64,000 nucleotides of DNA from IMG/VR virus record IMGVR_UViG_3300045988_090963. One strand, 5' to 3'. The position numbers and the translations under genes were made by a program. Numbering within the stretch: the first letter of the stretch is position 1; every line of letters begins with the position of its first letter. Under the pieces are notes generated by a model. The model was not told the DNA's origin. It did no database searches and worked only from the letters and a program-made list of their open reading frames with translations. Origin of the DNA: a virus. Below, piece after piece: positions 19,540 through 30,228 of this stretch.

Positions 19540-20394
19540 ATGGGATATAGTATCAAAAAACATAGTCTCTATTCTTATGTTCAAATTGTAACAATTCCCT
19601 TCACAGACATTGAAAAAATTGACTTTGCCTTATGCAATCAACCGACGGAAACTCCAGATGCTTATTATAAAAGACAGGCTACTAAACCAGATATTATTAC
19701 TAATGGAGGTTTCTTTGCCATGAATAATGGCAACACTTGCTTTAGTTATAAAGACGAAGGAACTGTTATTTAGTCTGATTTTCGTCATGGAGTTGCAATT
19801 AGCGGCAATAAAACACTTATATATACAACATTAAAAGATTATGAAACCGCTAGAGATTTTATCGCAGCTTATCCTGCATTAATTGTAGATAGCAAAAAAG
19901 TAGTTATAACAGATGGAAAAGAATTAGATTATAAAGCCCGCAGGACTTGTATTGGATGGAATAAAAATAATTATTATATTGTAACCGTAGATTCTCCAGG
20001 TCTTGTTTATGCTGCCCTATAGCAAATTTTTCTTGAATTGAAAGTAGAATATGCTATTAATTTAGATGGAGGCGGATCTACTAGATTACTAATAGATGGG
20101 AAAAGAAAAACTTCTCAAATTTATGCAAGACCAGTTGATAATGTAATGTGTGTATATTTTAAGAAAGAACAAGAGGTAGTTCTTTACAGAGTTCAAGTAG
20201 GAGCATTTCTATCTAAAACCAATGCAGAGAATATGTTAAAGGAATTGGAAGAGAAAGGATTTAGCGGGTATGTCAAGAAAGTAGGAATTTTTTATAAAGT
20301 TCAATTAGGTGCTTTCTCTGTGAAATTAAATGCAGAAAGACTAAAAGATAAATTAAAATCTGCTGGATATAGCTCTTTCATTACAAAAAAATAA
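19540..20394 (+). CDS. phosphodiester glycosidase (NAGPA-like) with C-terminal SPOR domain; 2 in-frame TAG
   Basis: DGGGST motif; tandem SPOR-like VQVGAF...GY..K / VQLGAFS repeats. The domain is continuous across the TAGs at 19774 and 20020. Confidence 0.55.
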
Positions 20395-20396
20395 AA

Positions 20397-21806
20397 ATGA
20401 CTAATGCTCAAATTATTTGGAAATACTTTAAAGGCAAAGGTTTTAGTGATTGCGGAATTGCCGGTTTAATGGGTAATCTTTATGCCGAAAGTGGTCTTAA
20501 TTCTATTAACTTATAGAACACCTATGAAAAAAAATTAAAAATGACCGACGCAGGATATACCTCCGCAGTTGATGATGGAAGGTATAAAAACTTTGTAAAA
20601 GATGGGGCGGGATATGGATTGGCTCAATGGACATTTTGGAGCAGAAAACAAAATTTGCTTTAGTTCTGTCAAAGTCGAGGTAAATCCATTGGAGATTTAA
20701 ATACTCAATTAGATTTTTTATATTAGGAGTTAATTACAAGTTTTTCTAGTTTAGTTAAAATTTTGATTTCTGCCACTTCTGTCACAGAAGCCTCTACCGC
20801 AGTATTACTCTAGTTTGAAAGACCTTCAGACTAGAGTTTTTCTATGCAACAAAAGAGAGCTAATTATGGTCAATAGTATTATAATAAATTTGCTAACATT
20901 TCAAATGTAATTGAAGGAGGTAATAAAATGAAATATAGCGATAGCAATAAACCACTTCAATGTATGATGACAAATAGCACTTGCTATAAACAAACACGCA
21001 CCATGCAAGTTAAAGGAATCTTATGGCATAGTACTGGTGCAAATAATCCTAATTTAAAAAGATATGTATAGCCAAGCGATAATGATCCTAACTACACCAG
21101 TTTAATAAATAAATTAGGAAAAAATACTAGCAAGAATGACTGGAATCATATATCTGTTCAAGCTGGATTAAACTGTTGGATTGGTAAATTGGCTGATGGA
21201 ACAGTAACAACAGTATAGACAATGCCATGGAATTATCGTCCTTGGGGATGCGGTTCTGGGTCTAAAGGTTCTTGTAATAATGGATGGATTCAGTTTGAAA
21301 TTTGCGAAGATGGATTAAATGATGCAAATTATTTTAACAAAATTTATGAAGAGGCTTGTCAAATTACTGCTTATTTATGTAAAATGTATAACATAAATCC
21401 ATTGGGAACCACTACTTTAAATGGTATCACCGTTCCGACTATTTTATGTCATGCTGATAGTCACAAGCTAGGATTAGGATCTAATCATGCAGATGTAAAC
21501 CATTGGTTTCCAAAATTTGGGAAAAGCATGGAAACCGCAAGAACAGATGTTTATAATTTAATGTCAAATATCTAGGAGGATGATGAAGATATGACTGACG
21601 AGAAATTCGCTGAACTTATGAATACTTGGCTTACTAATAAAGCTAATGAAAAAGAAACTTGGGGCACCGATAATCTTGAATGGGCTAAAGCGAATGGGAT
21701 TATGGCTGGAGACAGTGCTGGAAGAATGATGCCAAATAAATTCTGTACTAGATTAGAAACTGTAACTATGTTAAGAAGATTGGCTGAAAAGCTGGGTTTA
21801 AAATGA
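20397..21806 (+). CDS. multi-module endolysin, 9 in-frame TAG
   Basis: Three modules in one frame with no TAA/TGA until 21804: (1) Phage_lysozyme2-like N-module (GIAGLMGNLYAESG...GYGLAQWTF..R...QLDFL..FERP...RANYGQ.YY); (2) Amidase_2/PGRP module (ILWHSTGA...CHADSHKLG); (3) C-terminal SLH-like cell-wall-binding module (W..DNLEWAKANGIMAGDSAGRMMPNKFCTRLETVTMLRRL). Strong internal RBS and ATG at 20929 could give a second product (amidase-SLH). Confidence 0.55.
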
Positions 21807-22138
21807 AAAAATTAGAATTTTCCAAAAAACTTATAAATGATATTCGTATGTTATTATGGGTCGTGACTGTGTCAGGTATCCTTTTGGCATTTATGTGTGT
21901 TTATATGGGATATTTAGGAACCCTTCCATGGATTAGTGCTCTTGTTGGTCTACCATGGAGCGCCCACGGAGTAGTTTGTTCTTTTTATTTAGCAATGGCT
22001 AAATCAGATCACAAAAAGGGCGGCATTACTTATGACCTAGCTTTAAAAGAAACTGAATTCAATTCTGCATATAACATCCCCGCAGAAGATTTTTCAGCCT
22101 CTAATGATATTCCCATTGATCTCGATGGTCCTATTTAA
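21803..22138 (+). CDS. holin-like protein (2 TM plus charged C-tail)
   Basis: Overlaps the endolysin stop; two hydrophobic helices. Confidence 0.45.
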   Translation: MKKLEFSKKLINDIRMLLWVVTVSGILLAFMCVYMGYLGTLPWISALVGLPWSAHGVVCSFYLAMAKSDHKKGGITYDLALKETEFNSAYNIPAEDFSASNDIPIDLDGPI

Positions 22139-22141
22139 TAT

Positions 22142-22185
22142 AAAGGCTTAATGAGTTAAATACTCATTAAGCCTTTATTTGTTTG
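22142..22185 (+). terminator. rho-independent terminator (AAAGGCTTAATGAG..CTCATTAAGCCTTT)
   Basis: 14-bp stem plus T-rich tail; promoter at 22210. Confidence 0.7.
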
Positions 22186-22264
22186 TAGTTTGATTTTTCT
22201 TAAAATATATGATATTATATATTAAGAAAATAAAAAGAATAAAAATAAAGGAGCATTTGTATTT

Positions 22265-22729
22265 ATGACTATATATACTGATGGTTCTTGCTTAGGAAAT
22301 CCCGGCCCAGGAGGTTTTGGGGTTATAGTAGTTGATGATAATGGTATCGTTATAGCTGCTTATGCAGAGCGTGAACCTAAAACTACTAATAATAGGATGG
22401 AAATGTCTGCTATAATTTATGCTCTTGAAAACTATGGAGCTAAAGATGGAGATTTCTTTGCCCCTATTGTTTATAGCGATTCCGCTTATTGTGTAAATAG
22501 TTTTACTTCATGGATTAAAGGATGGAAAGCTAATGGTTGGACAAGAGCTGGAGGTAAAAAGCTAGAAAATCTTGATTTAATTAAGACCTATGATATGTTA
22601 AGCAAAGACTATAGAATTGATTTAAGAAAAATCAAAGGTCATGACGGAGAGCTTTATAATGAACTAGCTGATGCATTAGCTACTGGAAGAATGACCTCAG
22701 AAGAAATTTTAAGAGAGTATGGTGAATAA
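22265..22729 (+). CDS. rnhA: ribonuclease H (RnhA)
   Basis: YTDGSCLGNPGPGGFG signature. Confidence 0.75.
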   Translation: MTIYTDGSCLGNPGPGGFGVIVVDDNGIVIAAYAEREPKTTNNRMEMSAIIYALENYGAKDGDFFAPIVYSDSAYCVNSFTSWIKGWKANGWTRAGGKKLENLDLIKTYDMLSKDYRIDLRKIKGHDGELYNELADALATGRMTSEEILREYGE

Positions 22730-24619
22730 ATGTCAGATAAGTTATATAATGAAAAAAGTATTGAGTCATTAAGTCCTCTAGAATTTACTCGTTTAAGACC
22801 TGGGGTATATTGTGGAGATACATCAACTTCTACTCAATTAGTAGTAGAGATTGTATCAAACTCGGTAGATGAATTTAGATTGGGTCACGGTAATGAAATA
22901 GACGTACAAATTAATGGTGCCAGAGTGTCTGTCAGCGATCATGGTCAAGGATTTATTCCTAATTCTTTTAGAGAAGATGGGAAAACAATTTTGGAAGCCG
23001 CATTTAGTGTATTAAATACCAGTGGTAAATATAGAGAAGATGGAACTTATGAGGGAACTTCTCTTGGTAGTTTTGGTATTGGTAGCAAACTTGCAACTTA
23101 TCTTAGTCATGAATTAACTGTGTGGACATATAGAGATGGAGAAGGAGAACAAGTAAGATTCAAAGAGGGCATTTTTGAATCTAGAGATTCTTATAAGGTT
23201 GATAAAAATGTTCATGGAACTTCTGTTTTCTGGATTGCAAGTGAAGAGTTTTTTACTGATCCAAAGCCAGACGCAAAAGCATTAAACTCCTTGTTTAAAA
23301 CTATTGTATGTCTTTGTCCGGGGCTAACTATCAAACTAGATGATAATGGAAAAAAGACAGAGTTCTTCTCTAAGAATGGTCTTATGGATTTGTTAGATGA
23401 AGGCGTTAAGGGAAAAGAGATTCTGAAAAATCGTTTCTCAATTAATTTTTCCGAAGGTAAAAATAAGTTGGATTTAGCTCTAACTTACACAAATAACTAC
23501 TCTTCTACGATTGTTCCATATGTAAATACTGGTTTAACAGAAGCAGGTCCGCATATTACGCAAATTAAAACCCTTTTAACAAGAGAATTTAATAAATTCT
23601 TCCGAGAAAAAGGGTGGCTAAAAGATAAGGATGAAAATCTCTCTGGAGATGATTGCCAAGAAGGAATGTATCTTGTTTTTAATATTACAGCACCAAATAT
23701 TGGATATGATGCTCAAGTAAAATCTCGTGTCACAAAACTAGATATGAAACCTTTTACACAAGCAATAGCAGAAGAGCTGCAATATTGGTTCACAACAAAT
23801 GAAAAAGAAATTAAAAGTATCGCGGATAAAGCATTAAATGCTAGAAAAGCAAGAGAGGCAGCTCGTAAAGCAAGAGAGGCAGCAAGAGGAATAAAGACAA
23901 AGAAAGAAACCGGATTAAAGGCAAAAATGAAACTTAGTAATAAGTTTATTGATTGCGGAAATCGTAGTCCTAAAGATCGTAATCTCTTGCTTGTTGAGGG
24001 ACTATCAGCAGGAGCTTCCGCAGTAGAAGCACGAAATCCTAAAACTGATTGCATTTATATGTTGCGAGGAAAGATTATCAGCCCATTAAAGACTGCTATT
24101 GATAAGCTGCTTTCTAACCAAGAAATGTCTGATATTATTAGGATCCTTGGTGGAGGTTTTGGTAAAGATTTTGATATTAGTAAATTGACCGTTGATAAAG
24201 TTGTAATCACGGCCGATGCAGATAGTGATGGTGCAGATATTGAATTAATGCTTATTACTTTCTTCTATACATATATGCGTCCTCTTATTGAAGCTGGTAA
24301 GTTATATAGAGCTGTAACTCCATTATATATTATTCGACAAAAAGGAAAAGAGTATTACTGTTATAGTGACAATGAACTTGAAGAGTGGAAAAAGAATCAT
24401 AGCGGCAGTTATGATTTACTTAGAGCTAAGGGATTGGGAGAATTAAATCCAGAGGATCTGCAAAAAGTATGTTTTATGAATGAAAGATATAAACGAATTA
24501 CTATTAGTGATGCCAAAGCTACCACAGAATTGCTCGAAATTTTGATGGGAAGCGCAGTTGAACCCCGCAAGCAATATATCTATGATAATGCAGAAGAATT
24601 AGGATTTAATTTTGAATGA
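22730..24619 (+). CDS. type IIA topoisomerase ATPase/Toprim subunit (GyrB/T4 gp39-like)
   Basis: GHKL ATPase plus Toprim (EGLSAGAS; DADSDG). Confidence 0.7.
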   Translation: MSDKLYNEKSIESLSPLEFTRLRPGVYCGDTSTSTQLVVEIVSNSVDEFRLGHGNEIDVQINGARVSVSDHGQGFIPNSFREDGKTILEAAFSVLNTSGKYREDGTYEGTSLGSFGIGSKLATYLSHELTVWTYRDGEGEQVRFKEGIFESRDSYKVDKNVHGTSVFWIASEEFFTDPKPDAKALNSLFKTIVCLCPGLTIKLDDNGKKTEFFSKNGLMDLLDEGVKGKEILKNRFSINFSEGKNKLDLALTYTNNYSSTIVPYVNTGLTEAGPHITQIKTLLTREFNKFFREKGWLKDKDENLSGDDCQEGMYLVFNITAPNIGYDAQVKSRVTKLDMKPFTQAIAEELQYWFTTNEKEIKSIADKALNARKAREAARKAREAARGIKTKKETGLKAKMKLSNKFIDCGNRSPKDRNLLLVEGLSAGASAVEARNPKTDCIYMLRGKIISPLKTAIDKLLSNQEMSDIIRILGGGFGKDFDISKLTVDKVVITADADSDGADIELMLITFFYTYMRPLIEAGKLYRAVTPLYIIRQKGKEYYCYSDNELEEWKKNHSGSYDLLRAKGLGELNPEDLQKVCFMNERYKRITISDAKATTELLEILMGSAVEPRKQYIYDNAEELGFNFE

Positions 24620-24631
24620 GGAAGTGTATAA

Positions 24632-26998
24632 ATGAGTAGTTTAATTACAGAAGTAGATATTCTTGATGAAGCAAAAAACACATTTTTAACATATGCAGAA
24701 GAGGTTTTAACTGATAGAGCCATTCCTGCGGCGGAGGATGGGCTGTTAAGCGCGCAAAGAAAAATCATTTGGACTATGGAAGATTATTTAAAGATGAATA
24801 ATAAGAGTAAGACCAAAAAGTGTAATGCTATTGTTGGTTCTACTCTAGCCACCTCTTACTTTCATGGTGATATTGCTTGCTATGGTGTTCTTCGAAAGAT
24901 GGCACAACCATTTTTAATGCGTTATCCTCTTATTACAGGACAAGGACAATTAGGAACTCAAGAAAATAATGATATGTTTTCTTCTTCTCGTTATACAGAG
25001 GCAAAACCTTCATTATTTGCTGATATAATGATGAATGATTACAAGAAAAATGTAGTTCCAATTAAAGAAACATATAATGGAGAATTTATGGAGCCAGTGA
25101 TTTTACCAGCCCTTTTTCCAAATGCTATTTGCAATGGAAGACAAGCCATTGGCATTTCCATGGCCCATAATAGCGCTCCACATAATTTAACAGAAGTATG
25201 TAATGCAGCAATTGCTCTAATTCAAAAAGGCTCGCTCACTATTGATGAATTACTAACCTATATTCCTGGCCCAGATTTCCCTCTTGGCGGAACTGTTCTA
25301 AATATCAAGGATGTAAAGAGCGCGTTTAAAACGGGAAAATCCACAATCTCTTTGAAAATTCAAGGCGACTATGAGATTGATGGGCAAAAAATTATCTTTA
25401 CAAGTATTCCTTATAGAACCTATCGAAATAAAATAAAAGAGCAAATAGAGAAGAATATTGAAACATTAAGTGAGATTATTGAAGATTTTGATGATGAATC
25501 AAATATCGGTAATAATAGGCTTGTATTTTATGTAAAAGATGGTGTTTCTGTATCTAAAGCATTAAATCAATTATTTGTATTAACTGACTTACAATCTTCT
25601 ATTTCTTATAATATGAATTATATTGTAAATGGAACTCCTAGACTTTGCTCAATGATAGATTTATTACAGATTTATGTCAGCCATCAGGAAGATGTATTAA
25701 TTAAAGCAACTCAGTTTGATAAGGAAAAAGCTGAGGCCCGCAAACATATTCTTGAGGGATTGATCGCTGCTGTTGATAAAATTGATGAAGTTATCAAAAT
25801 TATTAAAAGTGCAAATAACACTAATGAAGCAAAGAAAGAACTAATTGCTTTCTTAGATGTAGATGATATTCAAGCTAAAGCTATTTTAGATATGAAACTT
25901 GGCAAATTAACTCGCATTGATAAACAAGAGTTAGTTGACGAGCTAAACGAAAAAATAGAGTTTATAGCTAAGTGTAATGAGTTGTTAAATAATAAAGAAG
26001 TAAGGAATAATAAGTTAATTAAACTTATTACCGAACTTAAAGATACATATGGAGATGCTCGCCGCACAAAACTTATTAATACAGAAATCCCTAAACAAGA
26101 GAAAGAACAAGTAGTTGTAGAGCCAGAAGATTGCGTTGTTATTATTTCTAGTAAAGGCACAGTAAAAAGAATTGCAAAAAAAGCCTTTAAACCTCAAAAA
26201 AGAAATACTACTGGAATGAAAATTAATGACATTATAGCGTTTTCTTCTGCTACAAATACACAAGATACTTTGATGATATTTTCATCAAAAGGAAAGATGT
26301 ATAGACTGCTCGTGGATAATATTCCAGAAGGAAATAACAATTCTATTGGCGTACCCTTATCTACTTTGATTACTTTTGAAGATAATGAAGCTCCTATGGC
26401 ATATACTACTTTAACAAGAGATACAAATAAGAAGTTTATATTCTTTGCTACTAAAAAAGGAATAGTCAAAAAAGTTCCTCTGGAAGAATATGACGCAATG
26501 AAGAGAACTGGAATTGTATCAATTAAGTTAAAAGATGGTGATGAACTTGCAGCAGTAACTTTTATAAATCAAGAGGAAATGATACTTGTTACTAAAAATG
26601 GAATGACTATAAGATTTAATACTGCGGAAATGCCAATTTCTTCTAGAACCGCGCAAGGAGTAAAAGGAATGAATATATCCGATGATGATAGTATTATCGC
26701 TGCATTACCAATAAGTAATAATGCAGATTACCTTGCTATTATTTCAAAAGATGGTCTTGGAAAGAAAATTGAGTTAAAAGAGTTTAATAAACAAAACCGC
26801 GGTGGCAAAGGAGTATCATGTTACAAAGGAACAGTTGTCGGAGCAGAATTGGTGTCTGATGATAATGATATTTTAATTTCTGGTAATAAGAGTTCTATTG
26901 TCGTTAGTGTAAAAGATTTTCCCAAGCTATCAAGAATTTCTATGGGAAATATAATGATAAAAAATAATGATAAGATTATTTCAGTAGCCAAGATTTAA
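24632..26998 (+). CDS. type IIA topoisomerase DNA breakage-reunion subunit (GyrA/T4 gp52-like)
   Basis: DGLLSAQRKIIW; active-site SRYTEAK. Confidence 0.7.
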   Translation: MSSLITEVDILDEAKNTFLTYAEEVLTDRAIPAAEDGLLSAQRKIIWTMEDYLKMNNKSKTKKCNAIVGSTLATSYFHGDIACYGVLRKMAQPFLMRYPLITGQGQLGTQENNDMFSSSRYTEAKPSLFADIMMNDYKKNVVPIKETYNGEFMEPVILPALFPNAICNGRQAIGISMAHNSAPHNLTEVCNAAIALIQKGSLTIDELLTYIPGPDFPLGGTVLNIKDVKSAFKTGKSTISLKIQGDYEIDGQKIIFTSIPYRTYRNKIKEQIEKNIETLSEIIEDFDDESNIGNNRLVFYVKDGVSVSKALNQLFVLTDLQSSISYNMNYIVNGTPRLCSMIDLLQIYVSHQEDVLIKATQFDKEKAEARKHILEGLIAAVDKIDEVIKIIKSANNTNEAKKELIAFLDVDDIQAKAILDMKLGKLTRIDKQELVDELNEKIEFIAKCNELLNNKEVRNNKLIKLITELKDTYGDARRTKLINTEIPKQEKEQVVVEPEDCVVIISSKGTVKRIAKKAFKPQKRNTTGMKINDIIAFSSATNTQDTLMIFSSKGKMYRLLVDNIPEGNNNSIGVPLSTLITFEDNEAPMAYTTLTRDTNKKFIFFATKKGIVKKVPLEEYDAMKRTGIVSIKLKDGDELAAVTFINQEEMILVTKNGMTIRFNTAEMPISSRTAQGVKGMNISDDDSIIAALPISNNADYLAIISKDGLGKKIELKEFNKQNRGGKGVSCYKGTVVGAELVSDDNDILISGNKSSIVVSVKDFPKLSRISMGNIMIKNNDKIISVAKI

Positions 26999-27048
26999 AG
27001 ATAAGAGTGGTTTTACCACTCTTATCTTTAGTTGATTTTTCTTTTTTA
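26999..27048 (+). terminator. rho-independent terminator (AGATAAGAGTGG..CCACTCTTATCT)
   Basis: Hairpin plus T-run. Confidence 0.65.
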
Positions 27049-27091
27049 TTATTATAATATATTTATATAAAGAGAAAAAATGAGGTTTTAT

Positions 27092-27286
27092 ATGATTGAT
27101 AAATTAAAAAATTCTACTCTTATTAAATTCATACTAGTTGACATTCTTCTTGTCTTCGTTTTAGCTATGACAATATTTTTACCAATCATCTTATGTTTTA
27201 CTGTTAGTCCTTGGTTTTTATTTTTATATGCCATTCCTATAGGAATTTACTTTGGATATAAAGAATATAAGGAGTTTGATAAATAA
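27092..27286 (+). CDS. small membrane protein
   Basis: Two TM helices; alternative start at 27080. Confidence 0.35.
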   Translation: MIDKLKNSTLIKFILVDILLVFVLAMTIFLPIILCFTVSPWFLFLYAIPIGIYFGYKEYKEFDK

Positions 27287-28392
27287 TGTATCCTGAAGCT
27301 AAAATGATAGATGCTATGAAGGTGTGGAAATTACCTGCTGGTAAAGAATCTATGCTTTCTGAAATGTGCCAATCTGGAGATTATTTTCTCGAAGAAAAAA
27401 TTGATGGATATTGGTATGAGTTTGAAAAGACAGATAACTACAGTTATCTATTTTCTCGTAATACAAGTACAACAACTGGATTACTCTCTGAAAAAGGTGC
27501 AAATGTGCCTCATATTATTGAAGCCTTAAATTGTATGCCATCAAATACAATTTTAATTGGCGAGATTTATTATCCTGGAGGGACATCTAAAACAGTAACA
27601 AGCATAATGGGATGCCTACCAGATTTAGCTATCAAAAGGCAAAAAGATAATCCTATTCATTATTATATACATGATATAATTGAATATGATAATATTAATT
27701 TAGTAAATGTCGGTGCAGAAGATAGATATAAAATCCTTGCGGCAGTATGGGAAAAACATAATTTATCACAATATAGTTTCTTGCGGCTAGCAGTAAAAGT
27801 AGACACTAATCTTGAAGAAGAAATCTCTCGAATCTTGAAAAGTGGCGGCGAAGGCGCGGTTTTAAAGAAAAGGGATTATCCTTATACTCCTGGAAAACGT
27901 CCCGCTTGGTCTACAATTAAAATTAAACAGATGGATTCTATTGATTTAATCTGCATAGGTTTTTGTCCTCCAACAAAAGAATATACAGGAAAAGAGATAG
28001 ATACATGGGAGTATTGGGCTATTGAAAAACAAGGCGAGAATGGAGTATGGGTAGAACAAGAAAAAATAAATTCCTATAAAGCAATTAGATCTCCCGATTA
28101 TAGAACAATTCCTATTAGTAGATACTATTTCTATGGATGGAATACAGCAATTAAAGTTGGCGCTTATGATAATCAAGGCGAACTAATAGAATTAGGTACG
28201 GTTAGTTCTGGTCTAACTGATGACATGAAGCGCGATATGACTGAAAATCCGCAGAACTATCTTAATAAAGTTGTTTCTCTTGATTGCATGTCTATTGATA
28301 AAAAAGAACATACATTAAGACACCCAGTATTAAAGTTGTGGAGAGAAGATAAAGACACAAAAGATTGTATTATAGATGAAATTTTCTCATAA
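27286..28392 (+). CDS. ATP-dependent DNA ligase
   Basis: Motif I EEKIDGY (KxDG); motifs IV/V EGAVLKK...KIK. Confidence 0.65.
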   Translation: MYPEAKMIDAMKVWKLPAGKESMLSEMCQSGDYFLEEKIDGYWYEFEKTDNYSYLFSRNTSTTTGLLSEKGANVPHIIEALNCMPSNTILIGEIYYPGGTSKTVTSIMGCLPDLAIKRQKDNPIHYYIHDIIEYDNINLVNVGAEDRYKILAAVWEKHNLSQYSFLRLAVKVDTNLEEEISRILKSGGEGAVLKKRDYPYTPGKRPAWSTIKIKQMDSIDLICIGFCPPTKEYTGKEIDTWEYWAIEKQGENGVWVEQEKINSYKAIRSPDYRTIPISRYYFYGWNTAIKVGAYDNQGELIELGTVSSGLTDDMKRDMTENPQNYLNKVVSLDCMSIDKKEHTLRHPVLKLWREDKDTKDCIIDEIFS

Positions 28393-28426
28393 AATCTAAC
28401 TTTGCTGAGATATTTACCTAAAATTC

Positions 28427-28460
28427 TTGACTTAAAAAAATATTTTAGATATAATATATA
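28427..28460 (+). promoter_or_regulatory. sigma70-like promoter TTGACT-N17-TATAAT
   Basis: Exact consensus hexamers with a 17-nt spacer. Confidence 0.55.
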
Positions 28461-28490
28461 TGTAATTCAGGGATAAAGGATAGAAATTAT

Positions 28491-28694
28491 ATGACCCGAA
28501 AATAGATGAAAAAGCTCGCTCAAGAACTTTATAAATGTGAGCAAATTCACCAAAATGAAACTTCCTCAAAGGAAGAAAAATCCCGAGCCGATAATCGAAT
28601 TATGCAGATTACCAATCAAATTATGTCATTAAGCGACGGGATAAATATTATGCTAGAAATTGACACTATGGTTCAAGATTTAGCAACAAATTAA
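28491..28694 (+). CDS. small hypothetical protein (TAG at codon 5)
   Basis: The RBS-supported ATG needs TAG read-through; alternative start at 28506. Confidence 0.35.
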
Positions 28695-28731
28695 ATTAAA
28701 ATAAATTTATTATTAAAGGAGAATGTCTACT

Positions 28732-28998
28732 ATGGCAGCTATGAAAGAAAATACTCGTAAGGTTTTAGATTATTTAAAGGAGCATAATGGTGAAAATTTA
28801 ACAGCGGCAGATGTTGCTGAAGCTCTTGGACTTGAGAAGCGTCAAGTTGATGGTATTTTTACTTCTGCTTTCCAACGCAAGGGACTTGGAGAGCGCGTTC
28901 CTGATGAGGTAACTCTTGAAGATGGTTCTCATCAGAAGGTAAAGTATCTCCATTTAACTCAAAGCGGGCTAGATCTCGACCCAGACGCTCAAGAGTAA
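28732..28998 (+). CDS. winged-helix DNA-binding protein
   Basis: RBS AAAGGAGAA; HTH-like LTAADVAEALGL. Confidence 0.45.
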   Translation: MAAMKENTRKVLDYLKEHNGENLTAADVAEALGLEKRQVDGIFTSAFQRKGLGERVPDEVTLEDGSHQKVKYLHLTQSGLDLDPDAQE

Positions 28999-29002
28999 TT
29001 TT

Positions 29003-29036
29003 GTTCGGGGAGAGTTAACCTCTCCCCGAATTTTTT
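29003..29036 (+). terminator. rho-independent terminator (TTCGGGGAGAG..CTCTCCCCGAA followed by a T-run)
   Basis: Perfect hairpin plus T6. Confidence 0.75.
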
Positions 29037-29040
29037 AAAT

Positions 29041-29952
29041 ATGATTATAGGGTTATTATTAATTACTATAATCGGGTTAATAATTTATATCTATTATCTC
29101 AAGAAACAAGAGCATCAAATAATTGAAGTTAATATAGATAATTAGAGGAAAAACTCAGAGATAGAATAGGAAATAAAACATAATAGAGAAGTATTATCTA
29201 ATATAAAAGAAAATATATACTCTGAAAATGAAATTCTTTCTTCTCTAGTAAAATCTTAGGAAGAAATGCGGGAAAATGCACAAAAGCAAGCTGATGAGGC
29301 ATACTAGATTCGCATTTCCGCACTTTTAAAATCCTATAAAGAAAAAGAAAATGAGCTTACTATGACTTTTGATGCTAAAAGTCAAGATTTATCAAATAAA
29401 ATTTCTATCGAATCCAGTAAATTAGCGGATTTACAAGCTAAACAACTTGCTTATATTTAGGCTCAACAAAGATAGGAAGAGATTGACTCTAATCAAGATT
29501 ACTATCGTTTAGCTCTTGATGAAATTGATATAAATGATATTACATTATTGCGTGAGTTGCAACCTAGATTTGTCAAAAAAGAAAGCATAGATAAGTTAAT
29601 ATGGGAAGTGTATTATAAACCAGCTTATGATATATTAACAGCTCGGTTATTCCCAAAAGCAATTAAATATTGTGGGATTTATAAGATAACTGATTTGACC
29701 ACTGGGAAATCCTATATAGGATAGTCAGTTGATATAAAAGAACGTTTTAGACAACATATTAAATCTGCTTTAACTTACGGAAAAGCAACCAATAAACTAT
29801 ATTCTACCATGTAGAAATCTGGAGTTCATAATTTTACCTTTGAGATTTTAGAAGAAGTTTCAAGGGAAAATTTAAATGAGAGAGAAACTTATTGGATTGA
29901 GTTTTATAAAACGAAAGATTTTGGTTTAAATACTACTCGCGGAGGATCTTAA
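29041..29952 (+). CDS. GIY-YIG nuclease-domain protein with N-terminal TM helix and coiled coil; 8 in-frame TAG
   Basis: C-terminal GIYKITDLTTGKSYIG[TAG]SVDIKERFRQH...ERETYWIEFYK is a GIY-YIG core; the TAG sits at the conserved Gln of YIGQS/T. Confidence 0.5.
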
Positions 29953-30227
29953 TGTTTAGAATTATTGGTAACAGATGTACTGGAAAAACCTATCAACTAA
30001 TGCAATATGCTAAAGATAATGATGCTATTTTTGTATGTAGCAATCCACGCTCAATGAGAATTAAAGCAGAACAATATGGAATTATTGGACTAAATTGTAT
30101 TAGTTATTCTGAATTTCTAAAAAGTAGAGATTTGAAGGAAAAATTCGTAATTGATGAAGTAGAGATATTATTGCGATTAATAAATCCTTGTATGGAACTT
30201 ATTGGATATAATTTAAGTGAGGAATAA
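29952..30227 (+). CDS. hypothetical protein
   Basis: ORF with ATGA coupling. Confidence 0.4.
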   Translation: MFRIIGNRCTGKTYQLMQYAKDNDAIFVCSNPRSMRIKAEQYGIIGLNCISYSEFLKSRDLKEKFVIDEVEILLRLINPCMELIGYNLSEE

Positions 30228-30228
30228 T

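Noticed and set aside
20797-20831. Perfect 12-bp stem-loop plus T-run that looks like a rho-independent terminator between the lysozyme-like and amidase modules.
   Set aside because: It lies inside a continuous, homology-supported reading frame (..LL[Q]FERPSD[Q]S.. matches the FERP tail of the lysozyme family). It is recorded in a finding rather than annotated as a terminator.
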